The notes beneath the pieces were generated by a model. It worked only from the letters and a program-made list of their open reading frames with translations, was not told where the DNA came from and made no database searches. DNA of 64,000 nt from Macrostomum lignano (Eukaryota): contig NIVC01001557.1 in assembly GCA_002269645.1 (NCBI GenBank), forward strand, positions 186,001 to 250,000, given 5' to 3'. Of the stretch, positions 1 through 14,075 are shown piece by piece; the first letter of the stretch is position 1; each line of letters opens with the position of its first letter. Made by a program: the position numbers and the translations under genes.

Positions 1-1974
1 GATCAATTATTGACCCACAATGTGTGCCAAAAACATGAGACTGATTCTCACCAACTAAATAATTGATATAATATAACTAAAAAACACTAGCAAAGAAAGC
101 AAAAAAGTAATTATCCTACTAACAAAAGCAAGTAGTGAGGTGAGGTAAATTTACCTAAATGCTGATAAAAATTAAAAAAAAAATTATTACAAATAAAATA
201 ATTAAAAATAATGCTGATTTTTTATAATAAGAGTTGCTAAATTCTATGCTCATTTATCTGTGCTCCTAATATATTCCAATCTTAAACTTTAGGTTCCATT
301 GATGGTATGTCTCCTTTAGTTTAGTGCTAAAATATTTAATCTTTAATCCCTCATAGCCACTATTTTGTGGTCCTTAGTTATTAGACTTGAGTATCAACTT
401 TTTTCTAAAATCTAAAGATTAAAATAAAACTTTATTTAGCTTAGACTATTATAGAAAACCTTTTAACATTAATGATTTAAACATTTGCTACCAACTCTTA
501 CATTCATTGAGATTCATTGCTATAGTATAGAAATTTATATAATATTTAATCAATAATAAAAAAACTGAAGCCTTACTCACTTTCCACCATGAAATAAAGC
601 TTTATGAAATGCAATTTTGGCATCTAGGATCAAAATTTAAAATCCAAAATCAAAGTTCATATGTCATAATACAAACTATTATACAAAATACAACCTAGTT
701 TATTTTTATCATACTCTATTCATACCCTTTCATAATCTCACAAAGTATATCATACATATATACATACATATCTATTCTATATATAGAATAAGAAATGACA
801 GATTTTTAAACAATGAATTCTGCTTTATTCAATAGTAGTCTAAACTAAAAAACTATTGAAGGGACTTGAGAGATATTATACATGCGCAACACCTGGGCAA
901 GCTGAAAGATCTGGCTGGCAGGCAAGTGGCCCAGTCAAGGTACGTTGCAAAAATTCTCACCTGAAAAAAGCAAGCAATCTGCACGTAGTACTAATTAGAT
1001 GACGAGGCATTCAGCCTTGATAATATAGCCTAAATTACTCCTGCCGTTTACCAAAAATTCGAAGTTTGTGAAATTCAAAAACAGAGTTGTGGGTCCTCCA
1101 CCTGTATCATTGTGATACAGTCCATTGTCTATTGTAAGACCTGCCATCACTCTTCAAATTGATCCAGAATTTGCTATGACTTGATGCAATAAACAGTCAG
1201 CAACACTCAAGCAATATGCAAATGAGCAGATTGAAATAAAGATAGCTTACAGATAGCCATAGGCTTCAGCTCCATGTGGGTTATTGCCATAATATATAGA
1301 GACAGTCAGTGTGGACCATGTGGTTGCATTCCAATTACATAGACTTCACTGATTACTTACATCAAAGGTTACAACTGTCACAGTTAAACAAGTTGAATAA
1401 AAAAAATCCAAACAAGCAAATCATCCCATTCTTTGTGTTTTACAGTAGGTATATACATTATTTTTTAGAAAAAAAAACCACTAGATGATTAGGCAACCAA
1501 AATTCACAGGAATTCAAAAGCATTTTTTGTCTCCATATAGGCATGTTTCTATGGCTACAACCATCACACTCACACTGTGTCTCATTTGCTTTCAAATAAA
1601 ACTACAGTTCCAAAAAAATTTTTTAAACTACAATTCAGACTTGTTATTTTAGGATAAAAAACTAATGTTAATGACCTTTTTTCATATTACAACAAGCTGT
1701 TGAAACCCGTGGATTTTGAACCCGTGGAATTCCTATCCCCAGAACTATTTTTTGCATGTATTCTACTATCTGAAGTCACACTCAAACAAAAACTTGTTAA
1801 TAGTTAGTAGGATAGAGGTAAACAAAATGGAGTACATTGGCATAAAATTAGGATTTGAGGCAAACATTGATATTGTTGGCTAGGGTGCTTTTTACTTTAA
1901 ATAGGCAATTAATGTTTGTTGGACTCTAAAATATGTATTAGCAAACTCTGGCCTCTGACTCTCCCTACGTCCCT

Positions 1975-2930
1975 TGAATCCTTTGATACTTCTATCTTCT
2001 CTTCTGTTTCTTCTCTTCTCTCTCGTCCCTCGTCCCTCGTCTCTCCTTTCTGCTCTCTCTCCTCTCCTCTCTTCTCTTTTTCCTCTCTCCTTTCTCCCCT
2101 CTTCTCTCGTATCTTCCCTCATTTCTCTTCTTTTTCATCTCTCTTATCTCATCTCTTCTCTTCTTTTTTCTTTCCTCTTCTCCCACTCTTTTCTCGTCTT
2201 TTCCTTCACCTCTCTTCTTTCTCGTCTTTATTTGCTCTCTGATCTCTCCTTTCTCTTCTCTCTTTTCTCTTTTATCTCTTAATTTTCATTTCTCTTGCCT
2301 CACTCACTTCTCTCCCTTTGTCTCTCCTTTGGTCTCTGTAATCTCTTCTCTCTTATCTCTCCTCTGTTCTCTCTACTCTCCCATCTCTTATCTGTTCATT
2401 TTGGTCTCTGCTCTCAGCTCATCCCCTCTCTTTCAATTGTCATCTTTACTGTCTAATATGTTCTTTCATTCTGTCCTCTGTACTCTTTTCTTTCACCTCT
2501 TTTGTCTCCTCACTTTCCTTTCTCCTTTCTTCTCTTCTTTTTTTCTCTTCTATATACTCTCTCCCTCTTGTCTTGTCTCTTCTCTCTCCACTCTCCTCCT
2601 TTATCTCTCATCTCTCCTTACACCTCTCTCATCTGTACAACCTTATCTCTTCTCTTTTCCATTTACTTTCTCATCTCTCCTTTCTCCTTTTTACTAACTC
2701 CTCTCTGCTCTTCTTTCTGCTCTCCTCTCATCTGCAGCTCTCTTTGCTCTCTACTCACTCCTCTATTCTCTCTTCTCCACTCACTACTCTACTCTTTCCT
2801 TTACTTGCTCCTCTCTACTGTCTCCTCTCATCGTCCTCACTCTCTTATTATATTTTATCTTTTCTCTTATTCTCTCTATCATCTCTCCTCTCTTTTCAAA
2901 TAGTCTATTTCTTTTTCTCTCCACTCTCAA
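1975..2930. repeat. CT-rich low-complexity polypyrimidine tract
   Basis: About 950 bp of almost pure C/T. It yields S/L/F-rich and R/E/K-rich spurious ORFs. Confidence 0.9.
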
Positions 2931-5465
2931 CTGCCCTTCAGCCATAAGCAGGATTCTTTTCTGGCCTTTGAGGTAAAAGTCTGCCTATTCCTGCTTGGAA
3001 AGCCAGTTTGTGGGACGTAGTACTCTCATGGCTGTTCTCATGCTTTGATCATGTCATCTTTCTTGCCAATTTGCAAGCCCTGAAAAGAATTTGTGTATCT
3101 TCAGCTCCACTGCAGTCTGCATCAGTCTAACAACCAAAGAAATACGCATTTCTTAGGCCATTTAAATTTTAAAGTACCTTAAGAGAAACCTTAAATTTCT
3201 ATGGTGTGACTAATTTAATAGGGTTTTATTGCATTGCATTGCCTTTTTATAAATCTTTCACTTTTACAAACCATGCTAGATTACCTTGATTTGCCATCCA
3301 CTGTTAAACTGCTACAGAGTTTGCCTATACAGAGGACAGTGGTTAGAATTTCTCACTAAACTGTTATGGATGGCTAAACGTAGCCTCTCCACAGGGGGTG
3401 CAGAGAAGGCCATAAACAAAGCTATCCCAAAACATTGTACACTGCCATGTACATTCAGCCCTATCACCTGACCCTTGGTCTGGCTCTGGGGGAATGAGTG
3501 AGTGAGTGCCACAAACAACAGAAAAATCAAACAAACTTCACATGCTTAGAGTTTCTTTTTTGGTTGAGTTAGAGTTGAAACTTTACATTTAGATAAAGAA
3601 TGAGTCAATGAAGAATTGTGTCAACTTTAAAGTCAATTGCTTTATGTGGAGCAAACTTATAGCAGCTAAAAGTTAGTCAATTTTGAAACCCATTTTACAC
3701 ATATTGGGCCCAGATTGGGATTGGGAAAGAGAGGCAGGCAGACAGTTAAGGTGGTTGCTACGCTGAAAAAAACAGCCTAACTTTAAAAGTGCACAGCACT
3801 GCTCAGGATTAACTTTGAGACTCGAAATTTTACATGATTGTGCCTAAATAGTTGAAGATTGTCTGTGTTAAATTTGAAGGGAATTGGTAGAAGTAGAGCA
3901 GCGCTATGGAGGGTTTAGTGAAAAAAAATTGTGCATTTTGAGCAGTTTTTTGTACTTTTAGGTAGGAAGACTCAATTTAGGAAATTCAAAGGTAGCCTAA
4001 GACATTCTCCATAGTGAGTTTAGGGTGGGTACAAAATTTGGTGTAATTTGGTTGAGCGGTTTGGGAGTTCATAGCAAACAAAATTGTCTACAAACAGACA
4101 CACATTGAGTTTTTATTTTTATAGGTAGAGATTTAGCATTATATCCTTAAACCTACAACCATCACATTCATAGAATTGCACATTAGCAAAAATGACAATA
4201 CTTCTATTTATATGAAAATTCAAGAAGTGCATATGTGTATTATTATATAGGCCTATGATTCATTGACATTAGTATCAAGTCCCTGCTTGACCATTGGTTA
4301 CTTATATATGAAACTCCCTGATTTATATCAGCCATGCAACTTACTTTTTGACTAAAATATGACTTATCCTTTCCTATAAAAGAAACCTAAATATAATTTT
4401 TGGTAAATGACAAAAGTAATAATGTTAAATGATTATATCATTTAGGCTAAATATTGCATCATCTAATTAGTATTATGTTTCCATTCTTGGGTCAATGTTT
4501 TTGCAATTTATCTTTGCAAGACCTCTTGCCACCTGGCCTAATTGGCCTTTTGGCCATGTCAGCTACAGTGTTAGGCATATGCATATATATAGGCCTATGG
4601 TTAGCTAGTTTTAGTGGAAACTTAAAACATGGCAGAAGGCTATTCAAAAAATAGACTAGTAGACTATAAAATCAATGAAATATGCACAAATCCAAATTTA
4701 GATCTACTAATTCATAAATAGGCATATACAATTATGAATTAAGCATAATGCAACTATAGTGCTGAAAGATAAATATACGATGGAAATTTCTATTCTGCAT
4801 TAAGACTAGCCATTGTGTGTGTTGTACATGTTATACCATTTTACATGTTGGTCATACTCTTGGGTGCTAGTAAACTTGTCAACTTTTTTGTCAAATGGCC
4901 TAGCTATATGGTAAATTCCTTAACACAATACACTGTTGCTAGCTCAGTGTACAGAAAAAAATAATCAGCCAAGCTGTATCATTGTAAGTAATATGCTGGT
5001 TTTTAGGCACAAGAAGACATGACATTGACAATTGTCAATTGTGACAATGCCTACCTTTACTGTTGCCAGATTAGCAGATTATTTATTGCTGCAGAATGTA
5101 TTTTTGCTATATCAACTAGATTAGAAATTTAGCAGTGCATTGCAGCACTTAGCAGTCTGCTATATATAACAAAATTAAAAATAAATTAAACATAAAATAA
5201 CATAAAACATAAAATATGATGAAATTAAAAACAATGAAACCAAGATCTTCTATTTCAACAACTAGCTAATATGGGGATATATGGGCCTACCCTCTCATTT
5301 TGATGATTTATAAAGAACAAAAATATTTTTTGAAAAAAAAATCTAAATAAAACAGATAGGCCTACTATAATTGCCAAAAATTGAAAAATGGCCTGTTTCA
5401 CTTTTAAATTAGGGCCTACTATTAAAATGTTTTAAACAATATTTCCATGAATCCCTAGTTCCTAA

Positions 5466-6231
5466 CCATAGTCAGGAAGGTGGCAGAGTGTGCGCCGGAA
5501 CAAATTTTGGCCTCTCCCAAAATTGTGCGCCGTGCGCCGACACAAAAACCCTCGTGTGCGCCGTTGTGCGCCCGCCACTACCTGCCTTGCGACAATAAAA
5601 GACCTTTTTTTACAACATAGCAACAATTTTTGTGCGCCAATATTTTCAATAAACCCTACCCCTATAATATTTCTTAGAATAAATGAATGAAATAAATAAA
5701 CGTTACACGAGAGTCGAGTCACGAGACAAGAGAATATAATGGTTAATACGGGACGGTTACGGGCTATCTATATTATATTATGAGAAATTGAGATCGTTAA
5801 ACCGAAAATAGAAATTTAAAAAATTTAATTTAATTTTTAATTTTTAAAACAAAACAAACATAAAAAGTAAGCAAATGGCAAAAACAAAGGTGAAAAGGAA
5901 AAGGAAAATATTTTTTTTTATTTTTTATTTTTTGGTAGAATGCAGTGTTACATTAGATAGAACAGTGAATAGTGTAATGTAACAAGTAACGACTTACATC
6001 GTTACATGGGATCGCCACAAGGGTAACGCTGCATGTGGCGCGGCACCCGCCGCGCCGCGCCGCCATGCGCCGGTGTCCTCTGGTGTGCGCCGTTGTGCGC
6101 CGCTGTGCGCCAGTGCGCCGCTGTGCGCTGTTGTGGCGCGCCGCTGTGCGCCGTTGTGCGCCGTTGTGTGCCCAAAAAGGGCTTGTGTGCGCCGGAATTT
6201 TCCGACCAAACTGCCACCTTCCTGACTATGG
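5466..6231. mobile_element. Non-autonomous DNA transposon (MITE), 766 bp, 21-bp TIRs, 8-bp TSD
   Basis: TIRs are ccatagtcaggaaggtggcag (5466-5486) and ctgccaccttcctgactatgg (6211-6231). The direct repeat gttcctaa lies at 5458-5465 and 6232-6239. The mirrored arm has a single copy (ttaggaac, 23790-23797) and no element. Internal (t)gtgcgccg repeats are present. The superfamily is unresolved (8-bp TSDs occur in hAT, P and Merlin). Confidence 0.93.
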
Positions 6232-8652
6232 GTTCCTAAAATAGGCTTAACAAAGTTTTTTGTTCTAATAAACACAGTTTTGGTAGGCTCCTACTTTTTA
6301 AATGCATTTTAACTAGAAAAAATTACAAAAGAACTATTCTATTAGTCTACAATTTTGTTCCTTAAAGTTATCCCCCTTTCGAAATCCTAGCTATGCTATT
6401 GTTTATTTGTATATTGAAATCGATTTGTGTTTCTTTCCTAGAATGTCTATATAGTATATAATAACCATGCCAATGCCTGATTCTATCTTGCTAGTTAATC
6501 AGTATTGCTTGAAAGCACAGTAAACAAACTGATAATACAAAGGTCTTTGCAGCTATGCCTACAACTAGGCCTACTACTACTACTACTACAATACTACTCT
6601 TCAAGACAAAATACCTAGTTTTTGCATAGACCTATTATATACAATTATACCATGCAGCCATATTAGTACGAAAAAATCCATTTTAATAAGAGCAAAATGG
6701 TCGTAAGGCACTAATAAATATCACTTAGCTTAGGCATTTAAGCCATAAAACTATAGAAGTAGGCTAGATGAATAATTTGAACTCGAGACTCTTAGAGGCT
6801 CTTCATATTGCTTGTTCTGGTTCTAAAACCAGAACCAATTTGTAAAGTATAACTTTTTGTCTCGTAAACTAGAGGGATATTAGTGCTTTAAAATTGTGAT
6901 TATCGAATGGCAATACTGCCGCAATAGGCCTAGCCAAGAAGAAAGTGAAAAATTGTGCAAAGTGAGGCTGTTAAGGCAGTCAAACATTCAACAAATTTAA
7001 ATAGTTATAACAGCTTTTTTTCTTGGAAATCCGAACCGATTCTGGTTCTGGAATCGATTGCCGTGAAGAGGCTCAGAGAACGATCGAACGTGATCGATCG
7101 ATCATCTTAAAAACAGTAAACATCAAAGTTAAAATACTCACTACAACTAAAGTGTAGTTATTAGACGCTATAAAATTATCTTACATTGCTTCAAAAATAA
7201 AATAAGTTTTATTCTAAACAAAGCTAACTGTTAAGAAGATTTTTGCGTGTGTTTTATATTTTGTTTAAACTTTTTGAATTCGTTTTTCCGTTGTTTAATG
7301 TGATTTAATTAGATTGAGTAAACCAGCGTGTTAACCAGCTGGACTAGCCTTTTGCGAAATTGCGACATCATTAAATCAAATGTTCTATCTGGGATCTAGG
7401 ACTGTCTGGGATCGATGTGTATTTATGATATTGAGAGATAACGCCCTTTGCGTCCCCCTTATAATAATCGGATAATCGCCCCTTGGTGTTTGGCTCGTCT
7501 TCTATTCATGTACGTCACGACAGAGGCGTCGGCATGGATTTTATGGTAAGGGGACAAAGCCAAGAATTTTAATTGTAAATGTACATGACTCAACTCAAAA
7601 GTCAAAACCAAGACTCAAAAAGTTAAGTACATTATTTTGAGAATTGGTGTTGGCTGCTCATTTTGGCGCTGCAGGCACTCACTTTGGTGCCACAGACAGG
7701 CATTCATTTTGGCGCCACAGACACTCATTTTGGCGCCACATGAACTCATTTTGGTGCCCTGAAACAAAATTACTGATTTCCACATCGGGTCACAAAGGGT
7801 GGGGTGCAGGGCTTAAATTACTGGGCCTGTCCCCGGTGGCGACGCGCTGGCGTCACGACGACCAATCGGTACATCTTAATTAAAAAACAAAATAGTTGCT
7901 GCAAGTTTTCTTTCCAAAAACTCCTTGCTTCCTTTCTTGCTTTGGGCTCCATTCTGGACCTTTAAGTTGACATGAGATCCCCATTTTATCCCCTTTATCC
8001 CCTGGGACCCCAAGGAAGGGACCGGGATGAGATGTCTTGGCGATTCTAGTCACCTGGTCCGACCAGTTATCGATTCCAGTCGGTTTGGTCTGGAGCCTTG
8101 CTTGGCTCCATTCTAGCGCTTAAGTTGACACCCCCTTTCACTGTACACACTCACGTCCTTTTAATTCTCATATGCAACTTCGTAGAGTGCACAGAAATTT
8201 CTTTTTTTTGCTGATCTTTTTTTATGGCGCCATTTTTTCGGGCTTATGTGGGTAATTTTTTTACGATTCAAATCTCTCTCTCACACCGCGTACATCAAAG
8301 GTAAAGAGAGCAGCTGTCATGTTGCCCCATCACTCCCTCAAAAATTTAGTTTTTTTGTTGCATACTTTTCTGAACGTACCGCACAATCCATCCAGAATTG
8401 GCCACGCGTTCGAACTTCAGATAGCTCGTAAGATGTGCACAATTGTTAAAGCAAAGCAAAGACTATCGTCGCTTCTCTTTCTTTTTAAGAGTTTTTCCAC
8501 TCGACAATAGAGACAAGCGAACCATCTTTCCTGAGGCTTGCACACGAGCATTGCTTGGAAAATTAGCATCGTAAGATGGCTGCCTTAGCGTTATAAAACC
8601 ACAAGCAAATGATTAAATTTCCCTAAAATCTTAAAATAAGTTTAATCAAAGC

Positions 8653-11600
8653 ATGCATCGTGCGGCTGCTGCTGGAAACCTTCGGCAACTCCGGCGGCAG
8701 CTTGCCGCATTGCCAGCAGCAAGTCGCCAACGCAACTTGATTGTCTTGGCGGCGGCAGAATCGGCGGCCAACAATGGGCACCTGGACGTTGTGGCTTATC
8801 TTTTGCAAAGCGTTGATGATCCAAGTTCGCGGAACAGTTGGTGCTTCAATCAGTTGAGTACAAAAGCAGAGCTGCTGAGACATCCGGGAGTTGTGATTTG
8901 CCTCGTTAGGACAATTTCTGATCAGAGAAGCAAGGATAGGTGCTGTGCGCGGGTCATTGAGCAAGTACAAGTACATGTCTCAGAACAAACTGATTGGTCA
9001 CTGGTAAACTTCCTAGTGCAGACAATATCAGATGTAACACTGAAAGAAATAGTGTACTCGAAGATTGTTCTGAGTGCTGCAGAACTCAATGCAATGACAG
9101 AAGTTAGAGAATTCTCGACAGCCATATCGGATGAATCACTCAGAGATCGCAGCCAGGTACAGGCGACGAAGGCCGCGGCAAGGGCAGGCAAAATTGAAGC
9201 GGTTGAGTTCCTTTTGCCTCAGATTATAAACAAAGACCTGAGAGATTCTGGTTGCATCGAGGCCGCTGAAGCAGCTGCAAGTGGGGGTCACATGGAAGTC
9301 TGCAAATTTATCGTGAGGACAATTTCTGACGCACATCGTGACCGGTGCTGCATCTTAACCGCAAAACACGCTGCAAAACACGGCGACATAGGCTCTCTAG
9401 AGTTTCTCACTGCCATCGAGAACTTTGCGTTGGAAGACAGTAGAGACGAATGCTGCTTGATGGCGCTACAATACGCAGCCATGTACGGTCAGCTGGAGTC
9501 GACGACTCTCCTAGTAGAACGCAGACTTAGCGAATGCGTCAGGGATGAAGGCTGCGCATCAGCCGTTTGTTTTGCGTCAATTTACAACCACTTAGCAGTC
9601 GTCAAGTATCTAATGCCGCAAATATCCGATCCTGACCTGAAGGAGCGGTGCTGCAAGACCTCGGTGGAGCCGTCCATCAGAAAAGGGCATTTTGCAGTTG
9701 CCGAGTTTCTAATCGGGAGCATTTCCGATGAAGCTACGAAACATCAGTACTGTCGTACCTACGTGGACTGTGCCGTCAATGAAGGCTTCGATCAGGTTCA
9801 AGTGAAGAATTCTTTGTTTACGATTTTTTCACTGGACAAGACCGCTGCTGACTTTCATGAAAAATGCGCGGAAATAACCTCCTTAGTTCAAGGCGCAGCC
9901 TATCAAAACCTTGATTCTGACGAAGACCTCAAAGCTGCTGCCGAGTTGGCAGCTAAAAGAGAAAACTTTTGTAACGCTATTTCCAAAATAAATAAAATCA
10001 CCAAGCCCGTGACAAGAGACCAGTGTTGCAGCCGCGTTATCGATCTCGCTGCTAAATTCTATCAATGGGAGACTGTAAAGAGCCTGGTGAAAGCTATGCA
10101 GAACGAATTCCTTAGAAGCCAATGCAGCATGAAGGCTGTGGAGTCTGCTTCACAATCAGGAAATATCGATACAGTGAGATTTCTGCTGCAGCACGTGGCA
10201 ACAGAAGATCTGACGCCTGAATGCTTGAAGAAGTCTATTCAAACTGCGGCGATACACGGTCATTACGAAGTAGTGGAGTTCCTCGTTGGAAAAATTACCT
10301 GCCAGGAGCTCAAAGATGAGTCCTGCAGAAATGCCGCAATGCACGCTGCAGCTTGGAATCGACTGGCTTTGTTTGACTTCCTGGTTAAGCAAATTTCCAG
10401 CGAAGTGCTTAAAAATGAATGCTGCTTTGATGCAGCAATGGAGGCGGAGGCAATGGAAGCCGAAAGCCGAAGCCGAATTTATTTGGAAGCCGAAATTCTG
10501 TGTTTGCGGGCGGTTACTGATGGCATTCGAAGAGACGAGTATTGCGCAAAGCGCTATGAAACTGCAGACGAAATGAAACTAAACGATGCAGTACGCTTTG
10601 TTGAACTAATCGAGGACAAGGATAAGAGAGACCAGCTCTCCATCAAGCTCGCTAACACCGCCATTTATCGAGGTAAATGGAAAGTTGCCACAAAGTTATT
10701 GCAGGTTGCATCTGAGCCATACAAAATAATTATATGCAGGCGAATAGCTGAATCAGCGGTGAACGAAGGGAGTCAAATTTTTAGCATCGCTGAAAAGATC
10801 CCGGATGCCTGGCTGCGCGATCAGTTCTGGATGACTGCGGCACAGGCAAGTACAGCCAAACCGGAAATGTTGCGTCACATCTTGAAAACAATTCAATCAA
10901 ATTCTTCGAGAGCGGAACCGAACGGCTCCGATGGGCCGAAGCAGCTGGGATCCCCCCTCACTGGCTGGCCGAGAACTCGCCTTTGCTTGGCATGCTGTCG
11001 AATGAGGCGATTTCCGGCGACAACTCGTGGTTAAGTCGCACCCTGGCTGGCATGCAGGCCACTCAGATCATTCAGCTGCTCTTTCTTGCTCTAACCTACG
11101 ACTACGTCGCTCTGGCGCGCGCAGTAATTAACTCAGAGTATTTCAGCAGCGAGTTGGTCAATCAGCAGGACGCGTCTAAAGCCACCGCTCTTATGCTGGC
11201 ATCTGAAAATGGTCATCACGAGCTTATCCAGCTGCTTTTAAATGCCCGTGCATCGGTACACCTCCGAGACAGGCAGGGCAGGACAGCCTTGTCCCGGGCA
11301 TGCGAGGAGGGCCACGTGAGGGCGGTGAAAGCTCTGATCAGCTGGGGAGCTGACATCAATCATTGCGACGGCAGAGGACGAACGTGCAAGCAGCTTGCCG
11401 ATCAGAATCCGCAGCTAATAATATTTCTTGGAAAGAATAAAGAAAGCGCCAAGTGAGTTCTTTCTACAACTGTATTATAGAATTACAAAATCGACATTAA
11501 GCAAAATAAATCAGGGCACACCCTAAGAAGAACAACAAATAGTATAACTGGTAACTTCACGTACATAGCCAATGCATAGATACACGCGTGCCTGATTTCA

Positions 11601-13781
11601 TTTGTGGCTTGGCAGAGCTAATGCAAGCCACAGAAGAATACACAGAGCCTGGAATTTCCATGCCATTGAATACGCTTGAGCACACACTACAGATACAATT
11701 CTTTAACACTTCAGTTAAACAACAGGATTACGTAAGGGAACGGAAAGTCATTTGGCACGCTCGCAAAATCTGCTAGTCTTATAGGAATCCCTGATTATGC
11801 TCCCAGCCAGCTCAAAGTTATTGCAGTTCAAAATTTTCTTTTCAGGATCCCCAATGCAGAGAGAGACAGGCAGCTTAGCGAATCTCTCCACCAGCTGCTT
11901 CGTCTGGCAGGATTCACACGGGAAAGAGCGGTACTGCAGCAGTGCCTGGCTGAGTTGCTCGACGGCGTGGCTCGAGGTTTATCAGTAAATGGTTGCAACA
12001 TCACTGGCAGCTTTGCGGAGGGCTGGGCCAACAGTTTGGCCCAAGTGAATGGCAAGACAGCTGCCGACTCGGACATTGATTGGACTTTCTTGGTTGAGGA
12101 GCCAGTCTTCCATTTGGAGGGTGGATGCAAGTGTAATCGGTCACGAATGGACAGCAGACCTTTGAATGTTGTCCAAGGTCATGCACTTGTCGATTCTGGA
12201 GCAGGTAAATACCAAAAATAATGTTAGTTATTATTGATACGAGTATAATTGAGAATAAGATTTTCAATGTTTAAATATATACCGTTAAATAACTCTATCA
12301 GGCTGTCAGCCAGCAGTATCAGCACCTGCAAGCGGTGCGCGGCCCGCTCAGGACGCATGTCATGCAGTGCAGTGTTGCAGCGTCTACTTCGAAGAGCGAA
12401 TTCGAGTGCTTCTGCCAGCACCGAACCAACTCTTGCCGAACGTCCATCTAGTTAGAGCTACCCGTCCGAATGAGTTCAACGAGCTCAGAGTGAGCTTCAG
12501 CTTCCACGAGAAGCAAATCATGAGGAACCTCAATACAGTCCAGGGACAGCTCTTCGTCATCATTAAATTTATCTTCAAAAGATACTTGCCGCACACTCTG
12601 GCTACACCGGGACTCAAAACTTACCATGCTAAAACTTTGCTCTTCTTCATGCTTGAAAGCATGGAATGCACAATGCCTCCAAATGGGAATTCGTGAACTT
12701 GATCTGCCTACTGAGGGAGTCCATCGGAATGATGCTGGACTTCATTAACTCTCGGGAATCATCCGATGAGTGTATGCCGCATTTTTTTATGCCCGACGCT
12801 GCGGGTCTCTATTTTAAAAACGCAGGAGTCGGTGGGGACTTCCAGGACACTAAGGCTAGGATTCGAGGCCGCCTAGTGCGAGCTCAGAAACGACCTAAGC
12901 GATGTGATTGGGCAAATTCGAACACTTTTAAGGCCACTTCAGTCACGAAACTTTTACTTTCATCCGCGTTTTGCTTGTTGCCCTTGAGACAACTGCGTGA
13001 GTGCACGCATGCTGAAATCTTTGACGGCTGTCCATCAGAGGCCTCAAAACTTCACGCTACTGTCAGGAGCGTACAGTACCGGTGCACCTGTGCCTGGCTG
13101 AGTTGATGTCAGACTGCGGTAACCGACATGCAGTGATGCGCAAGCTCGATTGGCTTAGTCAGCTAGAAGGTGCTGCAGGTGCGCGCATCGAAATGCTTGG
13201 CCATCATGGCGCATTGGAAATTCGATCAGTTTGCCAGAGCAAAGGAAATTGCGATGCAGCTGACAGATCATTGCATTAAGAGAAGCTGGAGGCCAACTGA
13301 AATAGAAAGGATGCGCCTCTTGGAGAAAAACTATATCAACTGGGCAGGCATTCCCATGAACCTGGATTGGGCGTGGAGGTTCTGCTTCGCTTGTGATACC
13401 CAGCCGAGCCTGTCCTACCTGCCTGAGTTCACGCAAAGTCTGTTCACAGCCAGGCTGTCGCAGCCGTCGCTCCTCCCACCTGTACGTGAACTTCCGCTGC
13501 TTGAGCTGGAGTCTCCAAGCTGAGCTGCTCAATGATCTTAAAGAAGCTCTAGTTGAAAGATGGTTAGGACTTCAAGAAGACCCTGACTTGGAAGAACGGT
13601 GTGCACTCTGGCTCACTACAGCGACTGTTACGAGCACCTAAAATTTTGTCTGAAAGAGCTGGAGATTATCAGAAACGAGAGACACATTGCCATAGAGCCC
13701 AAGACATTAAAAAGATCCAGGAAGTTCGAGAGAAGTTGGAGACTCGAAGATCAACAAGAACTTCAAGGATCGACGTGTTGA
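8653..13781 (+). pseudogene. Left copy of the ankyrin-cGLR fusion gene, frameshifted in this assembly (real pseudogene or consensus errors)
   Basis: Mirror of 16251-21375. Exons are 8653-11452, 11846-12204 and 12302-13781. There is a 1-bp G deletion at 10933-10935 (atgggccg vs atggggccg) and many 1-2 bp indels from ~12657 to the gap, which fragment exon 3. Confidence 0.6.
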
Positions 13782-13933
13782 GGAAGTGAAGAAGTTGAAG
13801 CTAATAAGAATTTGACGGCTGATAACAATTTCTTAAGATTTTCTTTGTGAATACTTGACAGTCATTTACTTTCTGAACCACTTATCAAGGACAACTGTAG
13901 AATAATATTAATAATAATAACATAATAATAATA

Positions 13934-14075
13934 NNNNNNNNNNNNNNNNNNNNNNNNNNNNNNNNNNNNNNNNNNNNNNNNNNNNNNNNNNNNNNNNNNN
14001 NNNNNNNNNNNNNNNNNNNNNNNNNNNNNNNNNNNNNNNNNNNNNNNNNNNNNNNNNNNNNNNNNNNNNNNNNNN
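13934..14075. other. Assembly gap (142 N)
   Basis: Run of N that separates the left arm from the spacer and right arm. Confidence 1.

Larger units (their letters stand above)
1..13933 (+). repeat. Left arm of ~13-kb inverted duplication (reverse complement of ~16097-29205)
   Basis: Bases 1-22 gatcaattattgacccacaatg are the reverse complement of 29184-29205. ORF-track peptides recur on the opposite strand at mirrored coordinates (4454-4654 vs 24600-24800; 8653 vs 21375; 11955-12221 vs 17806-18072). The arm ends at the N-gap and may extend past the window start. Confidence 0.97.

Noticed and set aside
1892-2947. S/L/F-rich and R/E/K-rich ORFs (and their mirrors at 26307-27362)
   Set aside because: They are translations of a CT/AG low-complexity tract with no domain features.
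3746-4132. Possible Kolobok- or Helitron-like non-autonomous element (ttaa|ggtggttgctac... to ...ataggtagagat)
   Set aside because: The motifs are suggestive, but I could not find a matching second terminus or TSD.
7655-7840. ttttggcgcca short repeats and a CAGGGCTT hAT-like start upstream of the cGLR
   Set aside because: There is no paired TIR or TSD within the arm, so no element boundary can be supported. The hypothesis that the gene is carried inside a transposon is unsupported.
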